From Octopus vulgaris (Eukaryota), in the NCBI GenBank assembly GCA_951406725.2, contig OX597829.1, forward strand, positions 28,520,001-28,584,000: a DNA stretch of 64,000 nucleotides, written 5' to 3'. Numbering within the stretch: position 1 is the stretch's first letter; each line of letters starts with the position of its first letter. Of this stretch, positions 1 through 12,879 are shown piece by piece. The translations under genes and the position numbers were made by a program. A model generated the notes under the pieces. That model worked only from the letters and a program-made list of their open reading frames with translations. It made no database searches and was not told where the DNA came from.

Positions 1-35
1 ATGATGATGATGATTTACTCACTTGTCTGATTTCT

Positions 36-265
36 TATTTCTTTACTGCCCACAAGGGGCTAAACATAGAGGGGACAAACAAGGACAGACAAAGGGATTA
101 AGTCGATAAAATCGACCCCAGTGCGTAACTGGTACTTAATTTATCGACCCCAAAAGGATGAAAGGCAAAATCGACCTTGGTGGAATTTGAACTCAGAACA
201 TAACGGCAGACAAAATACTGCTAAGCATTTTGCCCGGCATGGTAACATTTCTGCCAGCTCACCGC
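36..265 (-). mobile_element. tRNA-derived SINE (family B here), full length with target-site duplication
   Basis: Head GGCGGTGAGCTGGCAGAA...GAGTTCAAATTCC (Pol III A/B boxes), core GCCTTTCATCCTTT.GGGGTCGATAAATTAAGTACCAG. TSD CTTGTCTGATTTCT (22-35) / CTTGTCTCATTTCT (266-279), 13/14 match. Confidence 0.9.
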
Positions 266-401
266 CTTGTCTCATTTCTGTTGATCTGTTGTGTATTTCA
301 GTGTAATTTGGTGGTTTACTTGAGGATTTAGCTCCTCTTTCCAGTAAGTAGGCGCCTTGTGTGCCCTCTATTATAATTATAGTTAATCATAATTATACAT
401 G

Positions 402-447
<46 letters not shown>

Positions 448-744
448 GAAGATCAAGAGAAAATGGGGAAGTGTTGCTTTTTATGCGTGTGATTTGAGGG
501 AGAAAATGCTTGAGCCAGGCAGGCCTGGTCAGCCAACAGAAAACTTACAGGAATCAACCTTTTGTAAATTGTGATACAGCTATTGTTCACAAAAGAACAT
601 ATGCAACTTGTGGAAAGGTGTGCCTTTCAGTTGGAGGATGGAAAAGGCATGTCAAAAGACTTCATACTTTGGCACCTGTTCCCTCTGCCAGTCAAGTGCC
701 CACGCACAAACACGCATGTATCATGACTGTCATGATCATAATAA

Positions 745-935
745 TCATGTTCAGCATCATTTAAAGTCTATTGTCCGTGCTGTAATGGCATGGACAGTTT
801 GACCAGAGTTGGCAAGCAGGGAGCTGCACCTGACTCTGTTCTGATTTGGCATGGATTCTACAGCTGGATGTCTCTATGGCTGGATGCCTTTTCCAACTAA
901 CCACTTACAGAGTATGCTGGGTGCTTTTATATTCT
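745..935 (-). mobile_element. Degenerate RTE-type 3' end / RTE-tailed short element (family C)
   Basis: Reverse complement of the GTGGTTGGC.TTAGGAAGGGCATCCAGC...CCATGC...GATGATG tail seen at 8130-8445 and 12590-12758. Confidence 0.65.
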
Positions 936-1530
936 ACCACATGGGTGTGTTTATGTGGCACCACACAAGCACTTTTACATGATACCGCAGAGACACTTTT
1001 ATGTGGCACTTCCACAAGTGCTCTACATCACCTGAGGGACTCGTCTTAACATTTTTGCTGCGGATTACAAGTCTTCTTGAGTACAAGGTACCAGGCCTCT
1101 TGGTCCTTTGTCATTTCACCTGAAAGGTTCAGTTCCTGAAAATATATTACACATGTTTGTGTGCTTGTGTGCACACACACACATACACATGCACATGCAC
1201 ACACACACATGCACACATGCGTGCGCACATGTGTGCATGCACACAGAGGCATGTAGCTGACAGGCCTCTTGCAGTATCTGTTTTACAAATGCAGTTACAA
1301 AGTTTTGATTGGTCTTAAGTTATAACAAAAGGTACTCACCTAATGAGACTGAACTCCCAGTGAAACTGAACTGAAAAACTATGTAATTGAGAAGATGAAT
1401 ATTTATATAGCAACAGTAACTATTACCATGACTATATAAGGTATTGTTATATAATTAAAGGGAGATTATATTTACTGTATTACACTAGTTTGTAAGTGAA
1501 TTTATTTTAAAATCAAACAAAATTCAAATT

Positions 1531-1796
1531 CTGTTGTGTCTGGGGAGAGTCATTTTTTTTTTGTACCTTATGATTTAACACACTCACCGGTAAAATTTCC
1601 ACTTATTTCTTATTTTTATTTTCTTAAAATTTTCGTTGTATTTTGCAACTTTTTCAATAGTCAAGACTATTGAAAAGGTTGCAAGACGTAACGAAAATTT
1701 CATGAAAATAAAAATAAGGAATAAGTGGAAATTTTACTGGTGAGTGTGTTAAATCATAAGATACAAAAAGAAAATTACTCTCCCCAGACACAACAG
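1531..1796. mobile_element. Palindromic (fold-back) MITE, ~266 bp
   Basis: Two ~132-bp inverted arms (CTGTTGTGTCTGGGGAGAG...CAATAGTC aa GACTATTG...CTCTCCCCAGACACAACAG) with a 2-nt centre at 1663-1664; TA on the right flank. Confidence 0.85.
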
Positions 1797-2035
1797 TATA
1801 TGCTTCAACACACGAACTCATATAAAAAATCTTGCAAACCAAATCCAAAAACGAAAATTCAAATTAATATAACTGCTTCAAACTTCTCAATAAAACTCTT
1901 TTCTTTTTCTCCTTTTTTAATTTCATTTGAGTCATTAAATTTACAAAATTGAATCATTAAAAAATTTATTACAGTATGTCTCCAAATGTCTTCACCAACA
2001 AAATGGCAGTTCTCAATGTTATGTTTGAATATATA

Positions 2036-2408
2036 GCGGAGGTGCAATGGGCCAGTGGTTAGGGCAGCAGACTTGCATTCCTAGGATTGCGGTTTCAATT
2101 CTTAGTCTGGGCATTGTGAGTTTTTATTGAGCGAAAACAGCTAAAGCTCCATGAGGCTCTAACAGAGGGCAGCGATGAACCCTGCTGTACTCTTTCACCA
2201 TGACATTCTCTCACTCTTTCTTCCTGTTTCTGTTGTACCTGTATTTTAGCTTTGTCATACTCTGTGTCATGCTGAATCTCCCCGAGAACTATGTTAAGGG
2301 TGCATGTGTCTGTGGAGTGGTCAGCCACTTGCATGTTAATTTCACAAGCAGGCTGTTCCATTGATCGAATCAACTGGAACCCTTGTCATCATAATCGATG
2401 GAGTGCCA
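2036..2408 (+). mobile_element. tRNA-derived SINE (family D)
   Basis: Head GGAGGTGCAATGGGCCAGTGGTTAGGGCAGCAGAC...GGTTTCAATTC; 5' half homologous to the copy at 14378-14672. Confidence 0.8.
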
Positions 2409-2425
2409 TGAGTATGAATATATAT

Positions 2426-2472
<47 letters not shown>

Positions 2473-2474
<2 letters not shown>

Positions 2475-2873
2475 CTCTTTTACTTGTTTCAGTCATTTGA
2501 CTGTGACCATGCTGAAGCACCGCCTTTAGTCGAGCAAATTGACCCCGGGACATATTCTTTGTAAGCCCAGTACTTATTCTATCGATCCCTTTTGCCGAAC
2601 CGCTAAGTGACGGGGATGTGAACACACCAGCATCGGTTGTCAAGCAATGCTAGGGGGACAAACACAGACACACAAGCACACACACACATATATATATATA
2701 TACATATATACGACAGGCTTCTTTCAGTTTCCGTCTACCAAATCCACTCACAAGGCATTGGTCGACCCGGGGCTATAGCTGAAGACACTTGCCCAAGATG
2801 CCACGCAGTGGGACTGAACCCGGGACCATGTGGTTGGTAAGCAAGCTACTTACCACACAGCCACTCCTGCGCC
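2473..2873 (-). mobile_element. tRNA-derived SINE (family A, abundant Octopus-type SINE)
   Basis: Head GGCGCAGGAGTGGCTGTGTGGTAAG...GGTTCAGTCCC, internal TA/TG microsatellite, tail GACTGAAACAAGTAAAAGAG; more than 10 copies in the window. Confidence 0.9.
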
Positions 2874-2897
2874 CATATATATATATATATACATATT

Positions 2898-3400
2898 TAT
2901 AAAAGTAGTTTTAGAGATAGAACCACCTTCAACTCAATCAACACTGAAAGATTTTATACTTGACCACTCCATAAAATGTTAAATATTAAATCTTATACTA
3001 ACTATATCTATTCTGAATCCCATATTTTCTGTTTAAAAGACTACACGTATTTCATGAAAGTACATCAGTATTGATTAGATATGAGGTGTCTAGTTTCAAT
3101 ACTTATTCGGGTTGACATACTCCCAATCTTCAGGTCTGGATTCTTCAACATTCTTCACTACCCCTACCTCTTATATACCTCCATGATACTCTATATCTTC
3201 ATTATAATCTTATTTAAAATATACAAATATGTTAAGTGGTCGGGTATAAAATCTTTCAGTGTTGATTGAGTTGAAGGTGGTTCCATCTCTAAAATACTTT
3301 TATATATACGAATTAAACATTGAGAGATGTTCATTTTAATACACCTAATTTGAATGTCTTTTTCCTGTCTACTTAGAAGTAATATTCCCTAATAATTATA
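2898..3400. mobile_element. TA-embedded element with ~70-bp inverted duplication (Penelope-like architecture, inferred)
   Basis: Arms 2898-2968 and 3235-3304 are reverse complements with a few mismatches; flanked by (TA)n-type tracts. Confidence 0.55.
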
Positions 3401-3959
3401 ATAATATATATACATATTTATATATGTATGTATGTATGTATGTATTTGTACGTATTTATACATAACAAATTTTCGGTTGTGTTAAAAGAGTCTTGTATAC
3501 TCGAATGAGGTAGCCTTCCCCTTCTCATTACCTTCAAACCCCTACCCCTGACCAACCAACCAAACCTACCAGCCACTCGACCATCCATCCAACCAACCAA
3601 CCAACCAACCAACCAACCAACCAACCAACCAACCAACCAACCACTCAACCACCGTTGACATTGTTATCTGTCTGTTTCTACACCTTCGGGGGGGGGGGGG
3701 TCCCCTCATTCCCCCTCCTCCCCTTTCTCCCCCCTCTCTCTCTTTGCCTTTCCCTTTCGTTATTTCTTTCTCTCTACATGTCTGTTATTATATATATAAA
3801 AAAAACAACAACATGGGGCTAGGCTTAGTCATGTTACATTTTGTGATTAGTTTTATCATCACATATTACCACTGCATTCAAGTTGCCATCAGCAGAAAAA
3901 ACCAAACATGTCAGCTTTATCTTTCTTGACAACTTCGCTATTTGTTTTAAAAGTTAAAG

Positions 3960-3960
<1 letters not shown>

Positions 3961-4022
<62 letters not shown>

Positions 4023-4030
4023 AGAAAAAG
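3961..4030. repeat. (GA)n microsatellite, with an (ACCA)n tract at ~3590-3642
   Basis: Direct reading. Confidence 0.95.
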
Positions 4031-4375
4031 AAAGAGAGAGAGAGAAAGGGAGGGAAGGGTGTGGGGAAACACCCAGTAATTTAAAAGTTCACAGTGTCTT
4101 ACCAAAAAGCAAAAATCAAAAAGATCAAAACTGTTAGCTTAGTGTTTTGCATATATAAATATGTATTAGTTTGTCTTTTAAATGAAACCAAAGTAAAATG
4201 AATCAAAATTATTTGATGCAATGTGTTTTGATTAAGAAGAATGAATATCAAAAAAAAAGTATGTACTCTTTTGTTCATTTGTTCTGTAATGAAGTACCTT
4301 GTCTTGTCTCTCTTACACCAGTGCCAATATTTCGCCTCTCCTCAACAACACATGAACATATATTGTCATGAAATA

Positions 4376-4898
4376 ACGTAAATCCTCGAGTATAGTCCGC
4401 CCTTGAGTATAATACGCAGGGGATTTTTAAGGGGCTGTATCTCTGAAAAACAGAAACCTTGTGTATAATATGCACCCCTTCTCTAACTTGATTCGTGCAT
4501 AATTAAGCCAGCAGTACCTAGTTGAACAAACACTTCCGCGCATGCGTAGTACAATAATGGTGATGTTCTTAACTGTTATATGGGAATGTAAATATGTTTG
4601 CAAATTGTTTTTGTTACATGTTATTCTGTGTTCTGAAAACTTTTATTTTAATAAATTTTGCTTACTGCAAGTTATGGATGATATTTTTATGACTTCATTG
4701 CTTTCAGGCTTAGCTTAAGGTATTTTCGCTCCTGACATCACTAAAATTCGTCTGAATAAACATTGCCGGACAGCAAATAGAGACTCGGACATTGCTTAGA
4801 GAATATTTTTCCTTTTTAACCTCGTATATAGTACGCACTAGGGATTTTTACCGTTAAATTTTGGGAAAAAAATGCAGATTATACTCGAGGATTTATGG
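4376..4898. mobile_element. Non-autonomous Tc1/mariner-superfamily DNA transposon (Tc2/pogo-like TIRs)
   Basis: TA-ACGTAAATCCTCGAGTATA ... TATACTCGAGGATTTATGG-TA terminal inverted repeats with TA TSD; subterminal GTATA(G/A)TACGCA-like repeats. Confidence 0.8.
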
Positions 4899-4914
4899 TA
4901 CATATATATATACA

Positions 4915-5216
4915 TAATGGGTTCTCTTGTTGAAGATGATGTATGAGAGTTCAGCTTTTGCTAAACAACTTGCACAAATGATTTGTTTACAGTGATCAAA
5001 TGTATGTGCTGTACATTAAGCTCATTCTCTCCAACAAATCAACATTGCCTGAACAGGTGCACTGTGTACCACACGTCCTGTCCTGAAGTGATCTCAGATC
5101 AACATGAGATGAAGTGTTTTGCTTAAGAACACAACATGCTACCTGGTCTAGGAATTGAAATCATGATCTTGTGATAGTGAGCGCAACACCCTAACCACTA
5201 GACCGTGCATCCTCAC
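4915..5216 (-). mobile_element. Degenerate tRNA-derived SINE (family E-related)
   Basis: Head GAGGATGCACGGTCTAGTGGTTAGGGTG...TCAATTCC and GTGTTCTTAAGCAAAACACTTCAT core on the minus strand. Confidence 0.65.
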
Positions 5217-5368
5217 ATGTGGCATATATATATGTACTTACACACATGTGTGTATGTATGTATATATGTGTGTGTGTGTGTGCATGCATGTGTGTATGTA
5301 TATATGTATATATGCCACATGTGAAGATGTATGGCTTAGTGACCATACATAGTACATATGTTGTATGG

Positions 5369-5410
<42 letters not shown>

Positions 5411-5412
<2 letters not shown>

Positions 5413-5770
5413 TGCAGGAGTTCAGTTCCACTGCATAGCACCTTGGGCAAGTGTCTTCTACTATAACCTCGGGCCGACCAAAGCCTTGTGAGTTGATTTG
5501 GTAGACGGAAACTGAAAGAAGCCAGTCGTATATATGTATATATGTATGTGTGTGTATATATGTTTGTGTGTCTGTGTTTGTACCCCCAACATTGCTTGAC
5601 AACCGATGCTGGTGTGTTTACGTTCTTGTAATTTGGTAGTTCAGCAAAAGAGACCGATAGAATAAGTACTAGGCTTACAAAGAATAAGTCCTGTGGTCGA
5701 TTTGCTCGACTAAAAGGTGGTGCTCCAGCATGGCTTCAGTCAAATGACTGAAACAAGTAAAGGAGTAAAG
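5411..5770 (+). mobile_element. SINE family A with internally deleted head
   Basis: Matches 22403-22798, lacking ~40 nt of the tRNA region. Confidence 0.85.
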
Positions 5771-7135
5771 GATATATATATATATATATTTCATTTGACT
5801 CCAATTTTCCAAGCAGGCTTGGGATTGATAGCTTGACAGGATCTGGTAAGCTGCAAGACTGTGTCAAGTTCTGTAGTCAGCTTTGCATGTTATCTCCAGC
5901 TGAATGCTCATCCTAACAGCAATCAACTTAGTGTGTACTAGGTTCGTTTTTCATGCCATTGGTACCTAGTAGGTTGCCAAGTAACTTACCACTGACCTTA
6001 ACATACAAGATAGAAAAAGAACAAGTAATTTTTTTTAAAAAAGGGGGAAATAAAAAGCCTCTTGGCTAAGTAGAGGGATGGAAGAGTATTTCAGAAGTGG
6101 AGAGAAGTGGCTTTGTGCCAGGTGTTGATGGGTAGGTTAAAGCATAATAGAGGGACAAGCACAGGTGTCTTGCTAGAGAGAAGGTATATGACTACCCTGC
6201 ATTATATAAGAGTAGGTGGGAGTAGCTGAGAAGAAGATAAAGATGGTGGTGATGGGGGTGCCAAAGCAAACCCTTAAAAGGCTAGACTGGACATGGTCAG
6301 TGGAGCATGAGGGGGAAGGAGGGGGGGAGTTATATAAAGTTGGTGATGCAGAGGTGAATGTAGTGAGTGATGAACAGGGCTGATGCACACCTAGAAGGAA
6401 AATAATACAATATACATACATATGTGTGTGTGTGTGTATGTATGTGTGTATGCGTGTGTGTGTGGATATATATGTTTCTGTGTGTGAGTGTGTGTGTGTG
6501 TGTGAGTGTGTGTATGTGTGTGCGTATACATACATATATACATACATACATACTCATATATATTTATTATATATACATGTATAAATAGTAAAGATAATGA
6601 TTCTTTCTCTTATAGGTACAAGGCCTGAAATTTGTGACTAAATCAATTGCATTGATCCCCAGTGCTCAATTGGTACTTATTTCTTCGACCCCAAAAGGAT
6701 GAAAGGCAAAGTCAACCTCTGCAGGATTTGAATTCAATGTTTAAAAAATCCTATTATATTTTTATAACTAAATATTAGTAGGAATTGCATAAGAATAATT
6801 ATTAAAATATTTTGTGTTTTTTAGAAGTAGAACTAATTTATTGCACATAAACTTAAACAACAAAATCTTACATGGACCCCCAAGGGTCATGTGGTTCCCA
6901 GTTAAATAAAAAAAACCTTGGATGGGGAAAATGGCAGACAGCCACCCACAAGACTTGAACTGTGAACCTCTTCTATGGGAAAAAGACTAAAAGCCTTCTA
7001 CTGGATTTGGATTTTCCCCCTCACCTCCATCCACTGACAATATACTCTCTTATGCTCACCTTCTGGTAGCCTGAGAGTTTGTTCTGGTACACCATCAACC
7101 ATCTTTATCTTCTTCATCTTCTTCCCACATACTAC

Positions 7136-7962
7136 TACTCACCCTTGTATAATGTGGGGTAGCCATGTATCTACTCTAGAGAAATAAACTTATGCTTGTC
7201 CCTTTATCATATTTTAGGCGCTCAACACCTGGCAAAAAGCTACCCACTTCCCAATATATGTACCACTCACTTAATCAAGTGGTTTTTAAATTTTCTTTTT
7301 TGCTTTTTTTTTTCTTCCTTTTTTTTTTTTGCAATATACTTGGTGACCCCACTAGTTTTCAGTGGCATGAGAAAAGTACCTCACTCACACTGTAAAGTGG
7401 TTGGCATTGGGAAGTGTATCCAGTCATAGAAACCATGCCAAATCTGACACTGGAGTTCAACACAGTGCTGCAGCTTACCAGATATCTTGTCAAAGTCCAA
7501 CCCATGCCAGCAATGGAAAACAGACATCAAATGATTGTGATGATGATAATTCATAGCTATATTCACATTTGAACAACTTTTTAAAAGAGACTGTTTTTGT
7601 ATTTCTCAACACTTTTAAACTGCCATTTCTGTGAACTTATTAACTAGTGATTTGTGATTAGTTTCACAATCTAATCAATATTTAATAAACTGATTCATTA
7701 ACAACGACTGAAACTGAACTGAATTACAACTGGTACCTGTATTTATTAGCAGTATGATCCACCCAAAGTTTTGACAATAGTTATTGCGGTAATAGTAGTA
7801 TTGAAACGGTTGATGATATCATTGGCATTGTCCTCAATGTTAGCATACTTCATACTCACCCTTGTATAATGTCAGGTAACCATATATGTACTCAAAAGCA
7901 AGAAAATTGTGTTTGTCTCTTTATCATACTTTTAGCCTCTCGACACCTGGCCAAAAGCCACC
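7136..7962. repeat. Two diverged direct copies of a ~110-bp unclassified repeat (7136-7245, 7853-7962)
   Basis: Both read TACTCACCCTTGTATAATGT...TTTATCATA.TTTAG...CACCTGGC.AAAAGC.ACC. Confidence 0.7.
7378..7548 (+). mobile_element. RTE-type 3' end (family C)
   Basis: GTGGTTGGCATTGGGAAGTGTATCCAG...CCCATGCCAGC...GATGATGAT tail. Confidence 0.7.
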
Positions 7963-8129
7963 TCCTCGTTTTCAGTTGAGTGAATTGGAACATTATAAGT
8001 GAAGTGCCTTGCTCAAGGGCACAATGTCCATGCCACCTGTTCCAGTGACTGAATCGATGACCTCACAGTTTTCAGTAGTACCACAACCTTAATCACTATG
8101 TCACAGATCTCTGTAGTACTGGAATAGAA

Positions 8130-8445
8130 AATATCAATCAACATCAAAATAAAAATCAAATGGAAATTGTAGTTGTGATACCTGTGCCGGTGGCACGTAA
8201 AAAGCACCAACTGATCGTGGCCGCTGCCAGCCTCCCCTGGCACCTGTGCCGGTGGCACGTAAAAAGCACCCACTACACTCACAGAGTGGTTGGCGTTAGA
8301 AAGGGCATCCAGCTGTAGAAACATTCCCAGATCAGACTGGAGCCTGGTGCAGCCTCCTGACTTCCCAGACCCTGGTCGAACCATCCAACCCATGCTAGTA
8401 TGGAAAATGGAAGTTAAACAATGATGATGATGATGATGATGATGA
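8130..8445 (+). mobile_element. RTE-tailed short element (family C), well preserved
   Basis: Internal direct repeat CCTGTGCCGGTGGCACGTAAAAAGCACC x2; 3' end shared with the RTE LINE at 11489-12758; (GAT)n tail. Confidence 0.85.
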
Positions 8446-8818
8446 CCACCAGGATGTAACAGTTGTATTTAGGCAGGTTCAGTTGGTTGGCCAGCATTTC
8501 CAAGGTTGTAAAATGCAGTTAGCTTCCACATGGCTGATTCGTTCAACCACTGTTGCCTAGCAACAGTAACTCTCAAATTTCAATGGTGACTGCAAATAAA
8601 TCTATCAAAAACAGAACAGGAAAATATAAAACAGGAAAAAGAAATAAATCAAAGCAAAAGCAAAAAGTAATGAATTTTCAAGTTTCCTATATTATATGAT
8701 AATTATATATGATATATCTGTGTGTGTGTGTGTGTGAGTGTGTGTGTGTGCCTGCATGTGTACATATACACACTTGCATTAATGCACTCAGGCCAATGTA
8801 AAAGTTTCACATTGTATC

Positions 8819-8859
<41 letters not shown>

Positions 8860-8875
8860 TAATAATAATAATAAT

Positions 8876-9390
8876 GCCCTGATGCACTATCAGACAGTGC
8901 CTCTCATGGCTTTTGATCTTAACTGATTGGAAGTGTTATCATGTACATTGTTTTGTCTTGGTATAAAAGATGGGCTATAGCAAATATTCTGCTTAATACC
9001 ACAGATTTGCTTGTCAGTTGTTTGACCTTAACCAGTTGAGCATGTCCCTTGGTGGCTGATGATATGTGCATCTCTGATCACGAGTAGAAGTAGTGGGAGA
9101 GCATCATAGCCATGTGTTGAGAGGGATTCTTCGGAGTTTGAATAATTCACCTCTGGAAACATGAGTGTTTCATTCAGCATCCTTAAACAACCTTTATTCA
9201 GGGACCTTTTCAGCAGGACGGGCTACTTGACCAGAAGAAAATTCTAACTGGGCCCCACCTGCAAGGTCATGTGCTTTTTATCTTGATATGAGATCACCAT
9301 GTCACACACATATGGTTGTGATGCATGTGCCTGGTGTACCCTTATCAGATTGGTGGTCATGATGGGTATACTGGGCTTCATATATTTTAC
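8876..9390 (+). mobile_element. 3' portion of an (AAT)n-associated non-LTR element (Dong/R4-like by inference), truncated
   Basis: Starts directly after an (AAT)n tract; 9222-9390 is nearly identical to 9585-9750. Confidence 0.55.
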
Positions 9391-9546
9391 CTGTGACGTC
9401 GCAACTCATTTCTACAGCTGAGTGAACTGGAGCAACGTGAAATAAAGTGTCTTGCTCAAGAACACAACACGCAGCCCAGTCTGGGATCGAGCTCACAACC
9501 TCACGATCGTAAGCTCGATGCTCTAACCACTGAGCCATGCGCCTTC

Positions 9547-9547
<1 letters not shown>
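9391..9547 (-). mobile_element. tRNA-derived SINE (family E), 5' half
   Basis: TGAAGGCGCATGGCTCAGTGGTTAGAGC...GCTCGATCCC head, then GTGTTCTTGAGCAAGACACTTTATTTCAC...CAGCTGTAGAAATG core; longer copy at 42590-42917. Confidence 0.85.
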
Positions 9548-9584
<37 letters not shown>

Positions 9585-9812
9585 GGTTACTCGACCAGAA
9601 GAAAATTCTAACTAGGCCCCTGCAAGGTCATGTGCTGTTTATCTTGATATGAGATCACCATCTCGTGCACATATGGTTGTGATGCATGTGCCTAGTGTAC
9701 CCTTATCAGACTGGTGGTCATGATGGGTATACTGGGCTTCATATATTTTACCCCAGTGTCACTTTGATGGCATGCACTGCTCTCTCACTCAATAATAATA
9801 ATAATAATGATA
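9585..9812 (+). mobile_element. Second 5'-truncated copy of the (AAT)n-associated element with intact 3' end
   Basis: Flanked by (AAT)n on both sides; ends GCACTGCTCTCTCACTC(AAT)n. Confidence 0.6.
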
Positions 9813-10233
9813 ATCCTTTCTACTTTAGGCACAAGTCCTGATATTTTAGGGATGGAGTCATCAACTCCAGTACTCAACTGGTACTTATTTTATCAACCCC
9901 GAAAGAATGAAAGACAAACTCAACCTGTGGAATTTGAACCCTGAACATGCACACAGACCAAATGCAGCTAAGCATTTTGCCCGGTGTGCTAACAGTTTTA
10001 TCAGCTTTCTGCCTTTAAACCTTTTTACTGAAGGCACAAGGCCTCAGATTTTTGGGGAGATTACTAGTCGGTTACATCAACCCCAGTATTCAACTGGTAC
10101 TTAATTTAACAACCCCAAAAGGATAAAAGGCAAAGACAACCTTGTGGAATTTGAACTCAGAACGTAAAGACCAATGAAATGCCGCTAAGCAATTTGCCCA
10201 GCATGCTAATGATTTTGCCAGCTTGCTGCCTTG
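9813..10233 (-). mobile_element. Two head-to-tail SINE family B copies
   Basis: GGCACAAG.CC...CAACTGGTACTTA...GAAAG.CAAA...GAATTTGAAC...CCAGCT unit present twice. Confidence 0.85.
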
Positions 10234-10643
10234 ATAATAATATTAATAATAATAATAATAATGTTGTTGGTGACAACAGTCCAGCTTGGCATCTTTGCAT
10301 TTCATGCATGATATAGGTTGATACCAGTGGAACCAGTCATATACTGGTTTTGTTATGCTGGTAGTTGACCCATGGTTCTAAGAAGTTATTTTGCCTACAT
10401 GTAAAAAAAAAAAAAGGAAAGATCCTTCAACTACAGAACTTGATCCGGGTTTTATTAATTTACTTTTGTTTTTATTCTTTTTACTTTTTTCTTTTTTAGT
10501 TTCACACATGAAAGTTTCAATGTTCAAATCACACAGGAGGAAACTTGACATTTTTATCCGACTGGGTTGAATAAAATTACAGTGATGGAGAGATGGCAAT
10601 CTTAATGAAAACTTCTTTTCAATAATATTATTAAAAAGATATA

Positions 10644-10719
<76 letters not shown>

Positions 10720-11488
10720 GTATATATATATGTATTGAAATCTGAACAATGCCCCACTGGCCAGTTCCATTTCAAATCGTCCAAACCATGCAAGCATGGA
10801 AAGTGGACATAATGTGTGTGTGGTGTGTGTGTGTATGCATCATGGCTGTGTGGTTAGGATTCTGGATTATTTTTCCTGCTTTTTTTTTTACTTATTTTTT
10901 TAGAGTGGTGGGTTTCATTTTTAGTATTTTCGTTTGTGAGAGCAGTCAAGTTTATTTCACATATTCTTATTTTAAAAATCATCTCTGGCTAATTGTTGAG
11001 AGGACGCCAGTATTGCCTTGGTGTACCACACACATACACACACATGCACACACACACACACACACATATATATATACACACAAACACACATATATATATA
11101 TATACACACAAACACACACATACACACATACATATATATACACACACACATATATATACATATATGTATACGCACAATCACACACACACAAACACAAACA
11201 CAAACCTGTCACTTCATTTTTTTATCTATATAAATGAAGATATATCCATTGTTTTGTTGCTTTTCTTTACATGAAATGAGAAGATACATTGCAGAATTGT
11301 TATTTTAACAAGTTATATCTATTTATCATCCGAAGAGACACATCTGCACTGTCAGATGCTCCTGAACCAGTTGTTAAGTATCCCACCTGTGAGGGATCAA
11401 TGTTAGATGTGTCAAAATAATTGTCATGATTAATAAAAATTCCTGTATCTTCCATCTTCCATTTACCATATATATATAGAAAAGTCTT

Positions 11489-12758
11489 ACCAAAGTCTTA
11501 ATAAGCAGGAAGGCAGACAAATCATAAATCCCTTCAAGTAGATGGCTCTACTCAATCTGTAGAAAAGGCTTAGGTAGAAACTCCATCAGATGCACCTGAT
11601 GTAAGCTTTGGACACATAAAAGATGCAGCAATATTAGAGAAAACTAGCTTTTATACGTGGAAGATGCACAGGTACAATAAACGCTGAAAGTGTGCAGAAA
11701 ATAGACCCCATCAATTGCCAGGGGAACAAGCTAGAGGTAGTAGATAGCTTCCATTGTCTAAGTGATCAGCTGTGAGAAGAAGATTAGGCTGGACAAAGTT
11801 TAGAGAACTCCTACCTCTGCTGGCAACAAAGGGCATCTCTCTCAGAGGGAAAGGTAGATTGTATGATGCCTGTGTGCAAACAGCTATGCTACATGGTAGT
11901 GAAACATAGGCTGTGACAGCCAAGGACATAAATAGGTATGAAAAAAATGAAGCCAGTATGCTTCACTGGATGTGCAATGTCAGTGTGCATGTCTGACAGA
12001 AAGTAAGCATCTTGACAGAAAAGTTGGGCATAAGAGGCATCAGATGTGGTATGCAAGTGAGACGACTACACTGGTATGGTCATGTGATGTGTAAGAATGA
12101 GGACAGCTGTGTAAAGAAGTGCTGATCTCTAACTGAGGAGGGAAACTGTGGTAGAGGTAGACCCAGGAAAACATGGGATGAAGTGGTGAAGCATGATCTT
12201 TGAACTTTGAGCCTCACAGAGGTAATGACTAGTGACCAAGACCATTGACTATATGCTGTGCTTCCGAAGACCCATCAGGCCAAGCGAAATCATAGACATG
12301 GCCGATGTTGGTGTCACGTAACTGGCACCTGTGCTGGTGGCACATAAAGAGCACCTTTCAAGTGTTAGGCCTCACAGCGGCAAAGAGGCTGAGTTCCTTT
12401 CGAGCACTGGGCCTCAGGGAGGCAAAGTGGCTGAGTTCTTTTTGAGTGTTGGGCCTCACAGAGGCAGTGACGGAGACATTTGGCATTATGTCATGCTTGA
12501 GAAGAAGATTCATCAAGCCGAGCAAAATCGCAGTCATGGCAGATACCAGAGTCATGCAAATGGCACCCATGCCGGTGACATGTAAAAGCACCTATTATGC
12601 TCTCAGAATGGTTGGCATTAGGAATGCCATCCAGCCATAGAAGACCATGCCAAATCAGACTGGAGTCTGGTGCAGCCTTCCAGCTTACCAGACCTAGTCA
12701 AACCGTCCAACTTATGTCAGCATGGACAATGGATTTTAAATGATGATGATGATGATGA
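11489..12758 (+). mobile_element. 5'-truncated RTE-clade LINE: decayed ORF C-terminus, 3'UTR and (GAT)n tail
   Basis: Translation with stops: TKVLIS...CRKGLGRNSIRCT*CKLWTHKRCSNI...LEVVDSF...GWTKFRELLPLL...KGRLYDACVQTAMLHGSET*A...RRLHWYGHVM...GRGRPRKTWDEVVKHDL. These match the RTE hallmarks LYGSETW, RLRWYGHV and GRPRKTW. Confidence 0.9.
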
Positions 12759-12767
12759 TATACATAT

Positions 12768-12802
<35 letters not shown>

Positions 12803-12805
12803 CAC

Positions 12806-12836
<31 letters not shown>

Positions 12837-12879
12837 CACATGCACACATACATACATATATAAAGAGTTTATGTCAGCA

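Noticed and set aside
3040-3140. CTGAAGA...GAAACTAG and CTGATGT...GAAA motifs on the minus strand inside the 2.9-3.3 kb fold-back
   Set aside because: Could not build consistent stems I and III, so not called as hammerheads
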